Origin: an uncultured Actinomycetes bacterium
Lineage (GTDB): Bacteria > Actinomycetota > Thermoleophilia > UBA2241
Direction: 5' to 3'
DNA: 64,000 nt
Assembly: GCA_963767005.1 (NCBI GenBank)
Contig: CAVYCN010000018.1
Coordinates: forward strand, 64,001-128,000
Below the pieces are notes generated by a model that had not been told where the DNA came from, made no database searches, and worked only from the letters and a program-made list of their open reading frames with translations. This document shows, piece after piece, positions 56,309 to 64,000 of this stretch; within the stretch, counting starts at the first letter, position 1; each line of letters begins with the position of its first letter. The position numbers and the translations under genes were made by a program.

Positions 56309-58741
56309 TCAGGCCTTGGCGAAGGCGAGCGCGCCGTCGGGGCCGGCGTCGACCGTGATCGTGTCGCCCTCGCTGAAGCGGCCGCGCAGCAGCTCGCTCG
56401 ACAGCGGGTTCTCGACCAGGCGCTGGATCGCGCGCCGCAGCGGGCGCGCGCCGTAGGCCGTGTCGTAGCCCTCGTCCAAGATCCTGGCCTTGGCCGCCTC
56501 GGTCACCTCCAGGTGCATGCCCTGGCCTTCGACCAGGTCGCGCACGTGGGTGAGCAGCAGGTCGACGATGTGCTCGAGCTGGCCGCGGTCGAGCGGGTCG
56601 AACACGATGATCTCGTCGATGCGGTTGAGAAACTCGGGCCGGAACGTCTTGCGCAGCTCGTCGAGCAGGCGCTTCTCGAAGTCCTCGTGGCTCGGCGGCC
56701 CGCCGTCGCCGGGCGCGAAGCCGAGCGTGTTCTGGCGGATCAGGCTGCCGCCGACGTTGCTCGTCATGATGACGACCGTGTTCTTGAAGTCGACGGTGCG
56801 GCCCTTGTTGTCGGTCAGGCGGCCGTCGTCCAGGATCTGCAGCAGCGTGTTGAAGACGTCGGGGTGGGCCTTCTCGATCTCGTCGAAGAGCACCACGCTG
56901 TACGGCCTGCGGCGCACCGCCTCGGTGAGCTGGCCGCCCTCGTCGAAGCCCACGTAGCCGGGCGGCGAGCCGAACAGGCGCGACGTCGAGAACTTCTCGG
57001 TGTACTCGCTCATGTCGAGCCTGATCAGGGCGCTCTCGTCGTCGAACAGGAACTCGGCGAGCGCCCGCGCGAGCTCGGTCTTGCCCACGCCCGTCGGCCC
57101 CAGGAAGATGAACGAGCCGATCGGCCGCTTCGGGTCCTTCAAGCCGGCGCGCGCCCGGCGCACCGCCTCGGCGACCGCGACGACCGCCTGGTCCTGGCCG
57201 ACCACGCGCTCGTGCAGGTGGCCCTCCATCTCGAGCAGCTTGTCGGCCTCTTCCTGCAGCATGCGCTGCACGGGGATGCCGGTCCACGAGCTCACGATCT
57301 CGGCGATGTCGTCGGCGTCGACCGTGGCGTCGGCGATGCCCTTGGCGGCCAGCCAGACGTTCTTGGCCTCGACGAAGGTCTGCTGGATCTTGTCGGTCTG
57401 CTCCTTGAGCTGGGCCGCCTTCTCGTAGTCCTGGGCCTGGACGGCGGCGGCGCCCTCGCGCGACAGCTCGTTCATGCGCAGCTCCATGTCGCGCAGGTCG
57501 GGCGGCAGCATCGTCGACTCGATGCGCAGCTTGCTGGCCGCCTCGTCGAGGAGGTCGATCGCCTTGTCGGGCAGGAACCGGTCGCTGATGTAGCGGTCGG
57601 ACAGCCGGGCCGCCTCGGCCAGCGCCTCGTCGGTGATGCTCACCTTGTGGTGAGCCTCGTACTTGTCGCGCAGGCCGTGGAGGATAGCGATCGTCTGCTC
57701 GACGGTCGGCTCGCCCACGAGGATCGGCTGGAAGCGGCGCTCGAGGGCCGAGTCCTTCTCGATGTGCTCGCGGTACTCGTCGAGCGTGGTCGCCCCGACG
57801 CACTGCAGCTCGCCGCGGGCCAGCATCGGCTTCATCAGGTTCGAGGCGTCGATCGCGCCCTCGGCCGCGCCGGCGCCGACCACGTTGTGCAGCTCGTCGA
57901 TGAACAGCACGACGTCCTTGGCGCGCTGCACCTCGTCGAGCGCGCCCTTCAGGCGCTCCTCGAACTCGCCGCGATACTTGGCGCCGGCGACCATGGCGCC
58001 GAGGTCGAGGCCGAGCACGCGCCTGTCGCGCAGGATCTCGGGCACGTCGCCGGCCACGATCTTCTGAGCCAGACCCTCGGCGATCGCCGTCTTGCCCACG
58101 CCCGGCTCGCCGATCAGCGCCGGATTGTTCTTGGTGCGCCGCGACAGCACCTGGATGACGCGCTTGATCTCGTCGTCGCGGCCGATCACCGGGTCGAGCT
58201 TGTCCTCGCGCGCCGCCTGCGTGAGGTCGCGGGTGTACTTCTTGAGCATGCTCTCGCCGGTCGCGCTGCCCTCGTAGTCGACGCCGCTGCTGCGCACCTG
58301 GGCCAGGGCCTGGCGCAGGCGCTCCTCGGTCATGCCGAGGTCCTTGAGGATGGCGCTACCGGGTCCCTCGCCCTCGAGGAAGATGCCGAGCAGCAGGTGC
58401 TCGGTGCCGACGAACTCGTCGCCCAGCTTCTGCGCCTCCTGCACGGCGATGTCGAGCGCCGCCTTGGCGCGCGGCGTCATGTAGAGCATGCCCTCGGGCA
58501 CGGCGCCGGGCGGGCCCGAGCCGACCGGCTGGTTCTGGGCGAACTGGTTGGCGCGCGTCATCGCCGCGCCCTTCTCGACGCCGAGCGCGTTCAGGACCTG
58601 CTCGACGACGCCGCCGGGCAGGCTGAGCACGCCGATCAGGAGGTGCTCCGTACCCAGCATGTTGCCGGGGCCGCGGCGCACCACGCCCTGCGCGGTCTCG
58701 AGCGCCTCGCGCGCCCGCTCTGAGAACTTGCTCACGTCCAT
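56309..58741 (-). CDS. clpC: ATP-dependent Clp protease ATPase, ClpC type
   Basis: Clp-N repeats, two AAA+ domains ([16 protein letters not shown]), short UVR middle domain, LGF ClpP-docking loop. Confidence 0.9.
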   Translation of the reverse strand: MDVSKFSERAREALETAQGVVRRGPGNMLGTEHLLIGVLSLPGGVVEQVLNALGVEKGAAMTRANQFAQNQPVGSGPPGAVPEGMLYMTPRAKAALDIAVQEAQKLGDEFVGTEHLLLGIFLEGEGPGSAILKDLGMTEERLRQALAQVRSSGVDYEGSATGESMLKKYTRDLTQAAREDKLDPVIGRDDEIKRVIQVLSRRTKNNPALIGEPGVGKTAIAEGLAQKIVAGDVPEILRDRRVLGLDLGAMVAGAKYRGEFEERLKGALDEVQRAKDVVLFIDELHNVVGAGAAEGAIDASNLMKPMLARGELQCVGATTLDEYREHIEKDSALERRFQPILVGEPTVEQTIAILHGLRDKYEAHHKVSITDEALAEAARLSDRYISDRFLPDKAIDLLDEAASKLRIESTMLPPDLRDMELRMNELSREGAAAVQAQDYEKAAQLKEQTDKIQQTFVEAKNVWLAAKGIADATVDADDIAEIVSSWTGIPVQRMLQEEADKLLEMEGHLHERVVGQDQAVVAVAEAVRRARAGLKDPKRPIGSFIFLGPTGVGKTELARALAEFLFDDESALIRLDMSEYTEKFSTSRLFGSPPGYVGFDEGGQLTEAVRRRPYSVVLFDEIEKAHPDVFNTLLQILDDGRLTDNKGRTVDFKNTVVIMTSNVGGSLIRQNTLGFAPGDGGPPSHEDFEKRLLDELRKTFRPEFLNRIDEIIVFDPLDRGQLEHIVDLLLTHVRDLVEGQGMHLEVTEAAKARILDEGYDTAYGARPLRRAIQRLVENPLSSELLRGRFSEGDTITVDAGPDGALAFAKA

Positions 58742-58814
58742 GTCGTCGTCCTTCGCTTGTGATGCCTGTGATGGGAGCCGGCCACCCGCGCCGCCGGCCG
58801 TCCGGCCGGCCGCC

Positions 58815-59228
58815 TCACGGCTGCCGGCGGCGCTTGCCGACGCGCACGATGGCCATGCGGCTCACCGGCACGAGGTCGCGGCGCGCCGCGCGCTCGGCGC
58901 TGCGCAGCTGCGCGCGCAGGTCGTCGGCGGCGTGCAGCAGCGCGGCCTCGAGCTCCGCGACCCGCTCGTGCATGGCAGCCACCTGCTCTTCGAGGGCCAG
59001 CACGCGCTCGACCCCGGCCAGGTTCAGGCCCAGGTCGGTCAGCTCCTGGATGCGCTGCAGCCGGGCCACGTCGGCCTGCGAGTAGAGTCGCGTGTTCTTG
59101 GCCGAGCGGCGCGGCTGCAGGAGCCCGCGCCGCTCGTACAGGCGCAGGGTCTGCGGATGCATCGCGGCCAGCTCGGCCGCGATCGAGATCATGAAGAGCG
59201 GTCGCGTGGGGTCGTCACGTTGCGGCAT
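58815..59228 (-). CDS. hspR: HspR MerR-family heat-shock repressor
   Basis: ISIAAELAAMHPQTLRLYERRGLLQPRRS...GLNLAGV; follows dnaJ. Confidence 0.93.
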   Translation of the reverse strand: MPQRDDPTRPLFMISIAAELAAMHPQTLRLYERRGLLQPRRSAKNTRLYSQADVARLQRIQELTDLGLNLAGVERVLALEEQVAAMHERVAELEAALLHAADDLRAQLRSAERAARRDLVPVSRMAIVRVGKRRRQP

Positions 59229-59258
59229 CGCGCCTCACCTGCGTTTCCGTCCTCTTGG

Positions 59259-60395
59259 TCACACCATCCCGAAGCGCGCCTCGCGCGGGTCGGCCTCGGT
59301 CCGGCCGAGCTCCTCGGCCAGACGCTTCTGTTCCTTGCTCAGCTTGGCCGGCACCACCAGGTGCACGCGCGCCAGCAGGTCGCCGTTGCCGCCGCCCCGC
59401 AGGCGCGGCGCGCCCTTGCCCCGCACACGGAGCGTGCGGCCGTCGGCGCTGCCCGGCGGCACCTTGAGCGACACCCTGCCGCCACCCGGCGTCGGGATGC
59501 GCGCGGTCACACCCAGCATGGCCTCGGACACGGTCACTGGCACCTCGATCACGAGGTCGTCGCCGCGGCGCTCGAAGAGCTCCGAGTCCTCGACGTGCAC
59601 GACCACGTACAGGTCACCGGACGGTCCGCCGGCGGCGCCGGCCTCGCCCTTGCCCTTGAGCCGGATCTTCGTGCCCTCTTTGGCGCCGGCAGGGATCTTC
59701 ACGGCGTAGCGCCGCGTCTGGCGCGTGATGCCGCTGCCGTGGCAGGTCGGACAGGGCGTGTCGATCACGGTGCCGTTGCCGTGACAGCGCGGGCAGGGCA
59801 CCGAGATCGCAAAGGGGCCCTGGTTCTGGGCGAGCACGCCGCGCCCCTGGCACTCGGGGCAGATCTTGGCCGTCGTGCCGGGCGCCGCGCCCGAGCCGTG
59901 ACAGGTCGGGCAGGGGCCGTTGGTGTCGACCGGCACGCGCACCTGCGCGCCCTGCAGCGAATCGTCGAACGAGATCGTGACTGCGGCCTGCAGGTCGGCG
60001 CCGCGCTGTGCCCCGCCGCGCCCGCCGCCGCGACGGCCGCCCTGGCCCATGCCGCCGCCGAACAGGTTCGAGAGGATGTCGCCGAAGTCGCCCATCTGGA
60101 AGGTCTGGGCGCCGCCGAACATGCTGGGGTCGAAGCCCTGGAAACCGCCTTGACCCGGCCGCCCGGTGCGCGGGTCGAAGGCCCCGAGGCGCAGCATCTC
60201 GTCGTAGTGCTTGCGCTTGTCGGGGTCGGAGAGCGTCTCGTAGGCCTCGCCTACCTCCTTGAACTTCTCCTCGGCGCCCTTGTCGCCCGCGTTCGCGTCG
60301 GGGTGGTACTTGCGTGCCAGCTTGCGGAACGCCTTGCGAACGTCGTCCTGCGAGGCGCCGCGCGGCACGCCGAGCGTCTGATAGAAGTCGGCCAT
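59259..60395 (-). CDS. dnaJ: Chaperone DnaJ
   Basis: HPD J-domain, G/F region, four CxxCxGxG repeats. Confidence 0.97.
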   Translation of the reverse strand: MADFYQTLGVPRGASQDDVRKAFRKLARKYHPDANAGDKGAEEKFKEVGEAYETLSDPDKRKHYDEMLRLGAFDPRTGRPGQGGFQGFDPSMFGGAQTFQMGDFGDILSNLFGGGMGQGGRRGGGRGGAQRGADLQAAVTISFDDSLQGAQVRVPVDTNGPCPTCHGSGAAPGTTAKICPECQGRGVLAQNQGPFAISVPCPRCHGNGTVIDTPCPTCHGSGITRQTRRYAVKIPAGAKEGTKIRLKGKGEAGAAGGPSGDLYVVVHVEDSELFERRGDDLVIEVPVTVSEAMLGVTARIPTPGGGRVSLKVPPGSADGRTLRVRGKGAPRLRGGGNGDLLARVHLVVPAKLSKEQKRLAEELGRTEADPREARFGMV

Positions 60396-60396
60396 C

Positions 60397-61014
60397 CTAC
60401 CTCGCCACGATCACTCTGGCCGGCCGCAGCAGGCGGCCGTGCAGCAGATACCCCGCCTCGAGCACGGCCACGATCGCACCCTCCGAGTACTCGTCGGACT
60501 CCTGGGCGACGACCGCCTCGTGGACGTTGGGGTCGAACGGCAGGCCGGGGGCGGCCGGCACCTCATCGAGGCCGTGACCCTCGAGCACCGAGCGCAACTG
60601 CCCGGAGACGATCTCCACGCCCTTGATCAGTTGCCCTTCCTCGTGCTGCTCCGCCGCCTCGAGCGTGCGCGCCATGTTGTCGAGCACCGGCAGCAGCGAC
60701 TCGATCACGCCCTCGCCGGCGCGCAGCACCAGGGCCTCGTTGTCGCGCTGCACGCGCTTGCGATAGTTCTCGAACTCGGCCTTGAGGCGCTGCAGGTGGT
60801 CGAGGTACTGGTCGCGCTCCGCGGTGGCGCGCGCGAGCTCGACGGCCGACGGCGCGGCGCCGGCTTCGGTCGGGACCGCGGCCGCCGCGGCGGCTTCGGC
60901 GCCGGCGCTCGCGGGCGCGGCTGCCGCCGGGTCGGGCGCCCCCGGGCGAGCGCCGGCGTCGTCGCCGCGCTTCGCCTGGGTGCGCCGATCCTTCTTGTCG
61001 TGCGGAGTCGTCAT
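60397..61014 (-). CDS. grpE: Nucleotide exchange factor GrpE
   Basis: [24 protein letters not shown] and GY...LRPARV; TAG stop. Confidence 0.96.
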   Translation of the reverse strand: MTTPHDKKDRRTQAKRGDDAGARPGAPDPAAAAPASAGAEAAAAAAVPTEAGAAPSAVELARATAERDQYLDHLQRLKAEFENYRKRVQRDNEALVLRAGEGVIESLLPVLDNMARTLEAAEQHEEGQLIKGVEIVSGQLRSVLEGHGLDEVPAAPGLPFDPNVHEAVVAQESDEYSEGAIVAVLEAGYLLHGRLLRPARVIVAR

Positions 61015-61165
61015 CGTCTGGTCGCCCTTTGTCGTCGTCGCCTGGTTGTCGTCTGCCTCGTCGGCTTGCTCCCGTTCGCCGAGTCCCGGTGGGGCGCCGG
61101 CGAGGTACGCGGCCCGGCGGGCGTCGCCCGCCGGGCCGCGCGTGGCGCCGGCGCCGCGTGCGTGA

Positions 61166-61630
61166 TCAGTCCGCCGCCGAGGCCGTGGTCGCCTCGACCG
61201 TGGGGCGCACCGACCTGACCTCGATGCGCTTCGGCTTCTGCTCGTCGGTCTTGGGCACCGTCACCTGCAGGACGCCGTCCTCGTAGGTGGCCTGGATATC
61301 GTCGGCCTTGACGCCCTGTGGCAGGGCGAGGCTCCGCTGGAACGAGCCGTAGCGCCGCTCCACGCGGTAGTAGCGCTCCTGGTCGACCTTCTCCTCGAAG
61401 CTGCGCTCGCCCTTGATGGTGAGCACGTTGTCGTCGACTTCGATCTGGATGTCGTCGATCTTCATGCCGGGCAGCTCGGCCTTGAGCACGACGGCGTCTT
61501 TTGCGTCGAACACGTCGACCGCCGGTACCCAGCTCTCCTTCTGCCCCGACCACAGCGAGTCGGCCAGCCGGTTCACCTGGTTCTGCAGCGTGGTCATCTC
61601 ACGGAAGGGGTCCCACCTGATGATCGCCAT
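61166..61630 (-). CDS. Hsp20/alpha-crystallin small heat-shock protein
   Basis: RWDPFRE, AELPG, ERRYGSFQRS and ATYEDGVL motifs. Confidence 0.95.
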   Translation of the reverse strand: MAIIRWDPFREMTTLQNQVNRLADSLWSGQKESWVPAVDVFDAKDAVVLKAELPGMKIDDIQIEVDDNVLTIKGERSFEEKVDQERYYRVERRYGSFQRSLALPQGVKADDIQATYEDGVLQVTVPKTDEQKPKRIEVRSVRPTVEATTASAAD

Positions 61631-61757
61631 TGTGCCGTCGCTCCTTCCTGGTCTCGTCCACCGGCTCCCGTGACCCGGCGGCACTCGACCTTCGTCTGGT
61701 GCCTTCCGGCGCTTCGTGACGCGCGTCGCCGGGGCGCACGCGACCGTGTCGCCGGCC

Positions 61758-63659
61758 TTACTTCTGGTCGTCGTCGATGACCTCGTAGTCGCCCTCTTCG
61801 ACGTTCTCGTCGCCGGTCGGGCCGGTGGCCCCGCCGTCGCCCGTGGGCGGCGTCTGCTGCTGGGCCTGCTGGTAGATCGCCTCGGCCAGCTTGTGTGATG
61901 CCTGCATGAGGGCGTCGGTCTTGGCTTTGATGTCGTCGACGTTGTCGGAGTCGAGCGCCGTGCGCACGGCCGCCGCCGCCGATTCGATCTCGGTGCGTGT
62001 GGCCTGATCGACACGGTCGCCCATCTCGCGCAGCGACTTCTCGGTCGAGTACACGAGGTTCTCGGCGTTGTTCTTGACCTCGGCCACGTCGCGCAGCCTG
62101 CGGTCTTCCTCGGCGTGCGACTCGGCGTCTTTCATCATGCCTTCGATGTCCTGCTCGGACAGGCCGCTCGACGCCGTGATCGTGATCTTCTGCTCGTTGC
62201 CGGTGCCGAGGTCCTTGGCGCTCACGTGCACGATGCCGTTGGCGTCGATGTCGAAGGCGACCTCGACCTGTGGGATGCCCCGCGGCGCCGGCGGGATGCC
62301 GACGAGCTGGAACTTGCCGAGCGTCTTGTTGTAGCGCGCCATGTCGCGCTCGCCCTGCAGGACGTGGATCTCGACGCTCGTCTGGTTGTCCTCGGCGGTC
62401 GAGAAGATCTCGCTCTTCTTGGTCGGGATCGTCGTGTTGCGCTCGATCAGGCGCGTGAACACGCCGCCCTTGGTCTCGATGCCCAGCGACAGCGGCGTGA
62501 CGTCGAGCAGCAGCACGTCCTTGACCTCGCCGGCCAGCACGCCGCCCTGGATGCCGGCGCCCACGGCCACGACCTCGTCGGGATTGACGCCTTTGTGGGG
62601 ATCCTTGCCGATCAGGTCGCGCACCTTGTCCTGCACCGCCGGCACACGCGTCATGCCGCCGACCAGGATCACGTGGTCGATCTTGTCGGGCGACAGGTTG
62701 GCGTCGGAGAGTGCCTGCTTGACGGGGCCGACCACGCGGTCGACCAGGGTCGCCGTGAGCTCGTTGAACTTGGCCCGCGTGAGGTTCAGGTCGAGGTGCT
62801 TGGGGCCGTTCTCGTCGGCGCTGATGAACGGCAGATTGACGTTGCTGCTCATCGTGGTCGAGAGCTCGATCTTGGCCTTCTCGGCGGCCTCGTAGAGGCG
62901 CTGCAGGGCCATCTTGTCCTTGCTCAGGTCGATGCCGTTGTCGCGCTTGAACTCGGCCACCATCCAGTCGACGACCGCCTTGTCGAAGTTGTCGCCGCCG
63001 AGGTGGGTGTCGCCGTTGGTCGACTTGACCTCGAAGACCCCGTCGCCGAGGTCGAGGATCGAGACGTCGAAGGTGCCGCCGCCCAGGTCGAACACGAGGA
63101 TGGTCTGGTCGTGCTCCTTGTCGAGGCCATAGGCGAGCGCGGCCGCGGTGGGCTCGTTGATGATGCGCTTGATCTCGATGCCGGCGATCTTGCCGGCATC
63201 CTTGGTGGCCTGGCGCTGCGAGTCGTTGAAGTAGGCCGGGACGGTGACGACCGCCTCGTTCACCTTCTCGCCGAGATACTCCTCGGCGTCGCGGCGCAGC
63301 TTCTGCAGGATCATCGCCGAGATCTCGGGCGGCGAGTAGAGCTTGCCCTGGATGTCGACCGACGCGTCGCCGTTGGGGGCGGCCACCACCTTGTAGGGCA
63401 CGATCTTCATCTCTTCGGAGACGTCGCCGTACTTGCGGCCCATGAAGCGCTTGATCGAGAAGACGGTGTTCTCGGGGTTGGTGACCGCCTGGCGGCGGGC
63501 GACCGTGCCCACGAGGCGCTCCCCGCTCTTGGAGAAGGCCACCACCGACGGTGTGGTGCGACCGCCTTCGGAGTTCGGGATGACCGTGGGTTCACCACCC
63601 TCGAGGACGCTCACGCAACTGAACGTCGTCCCCAGGTCGATACCGATCACTTTGGCCAT
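61758..63659 (-). CDS. dnaK: Chaperone DnaK
   Basis: [15 protein letters not shown] and DLGGGTFD motifs. Confidence 0.98.
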   Translation of the reverse strand: MAKVIGIDLGTTFSCVSVLEGGEPTVIPNSEGGRTTPSVVAFSKSGERLVGTVARRQAVTNPENTVFSIKRFMGRKYGDVSEEMKIVPYKVVAAPNGDASVDIQGKLYSPPEISAMILQKLRRDAEEYLGEKVNEAVVTVPAYFNDSQRQATKDAGKIAGIEIKRIINEPTAAALAYGLDKEHDQTILVFDLGGGTFDVSILDLGDGVFEVKSTNGDTHLGGDNFDKAVVDWMVAEFKRDNGIDLSKDKMALQRLYEAAEKAKIELSTTMSSNVNLPFISADENGPKHLDLNLTRAKFNELTATLVDRVVGPVKQALSDANLSPDKIDHVILVGGMTRVPAVQDKVRDLIGKDPHKGVNPDEVVAVGAGIQGGVLAGEVKDVLLLDVTPLSLGIETKGGVFTRLIERNTTIPTKKSEIFSTAEDNQTSVEIHVLQGERDMARYNKTLGKFQLVGIPPAPRGIPQVEVAFDIDANGIVHVSAKDLGTGNEQKITITASSGLSEQDIEGMMKDAESHAEEDRRLRDVAEVKNNAENLVYSTEKSLREMGDRVDQATRTEIESAAAAVRTALDSDNVDDIKAKTDALMQASHKLAEAIYQQAQQQTPPTGDGGATGPTGDENVEEGDYEVIDDDQK

Positions 63660-63706
63660 TCGTCTGCCTCCTTGGCGTTCTTCCAATCGTAGTGGAGTCC
63701 AGAGGG

Positions 63707-63736
63707 ATAATAAAATGTGAGTGTATGCTTGTCAAC
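63707..63736 (-). promoter_or_regulatory. Sigma-70 promoter of the dnaK operon overlapped by a HAIR-like HspR operator
   Basis: TTGACA (63735-63730)-N17-TATTAT (63712-63707); GTGAGT-N7-TGTCAAC resembles CTTGAGT-N7-ACTCAAG. Confidence 0.75.
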
Positions 63737-64000
63737 TTTGTACCCGTTGCCACCGACCACAAACCCGGGTCGTGAGCGCCCCCGAGCGCCGGCAACGAGG
63801 CTCCGGTCGGGCCGTGCCGCGCTGCGCCGACCGAGCAAGTGAGAGGTCTTGAGCCCCTCTCGATAGAATGTGTCCGGCATGAGCGACGACGACGCCTCGA
63901 GGGCGGACCACGACGACACGGCGGCGACCGGCGGCGACCGGGTGGCGAGCGCGTGCGACAGCGGCGCGGCGGCGAGCGGCGCGACCGCGGCCGGCGCCGC

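Noticed and set aside
56309-58741. clpB assignment based on position after hspR
   Set aside because: 810 aa with a short UVR middle domain and LGF loop indicates ClpC type
63879-64000. Possible gene start MSDDDASRADHDD at the window edge
   Set aside because: Truncated, low-complexity and too short to support a call

Overview
High-GC actinobacterial chromosome segment; the dnaK-hspR operon and gene content suggest a Thermoleophilia-like lineage (inference). (1) Bases 1-8479 are the right part of an integrated, satellite/prophage-like element. It has a DnaB-N/AAA_25 helicase, an iteron array, excisionase-type HTHs, one phage structural gene, a radical SAM gene and cargo, and ends at a 3' fragment of tRNA-Thr(CGT) (att site). 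(2) 8.5-15 kb: sigma-70, cold-shock protein, B12 radical SAM and others. (3) 15-27 kb: a PucR-associated nitrogen-catabolic cluster (amidinotransferase/DDAH-family enzyme, nitrilase-family hydrolase, NCS1 permease, cyclase, atypical carbamoyltransferase, Fe-ADH, D-aminoacylase). (4) 32-41 kb, the main finding: three dimethylamine methyltransferase (MtbB-family) paralogs, each with an in-frame TAG at codon 345 in the known pyrrolysine context, beside a divergent APC permease. TAG is also an ordinary stop in this window, including at the end of one of these genes. (5) 41-64 kb: GNATs, an MFS-flavin reductase fusion, tRNA-Thr(TGT), tatA, ligA, surE, c-di-GMP genes and dnaK-hsp20-grpE-dnaJ-hspR-clpC. 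No pyl genes, methylamine corrinoid protein or CRISPR array were seen. All calls come from reading motifs, not from database searches.
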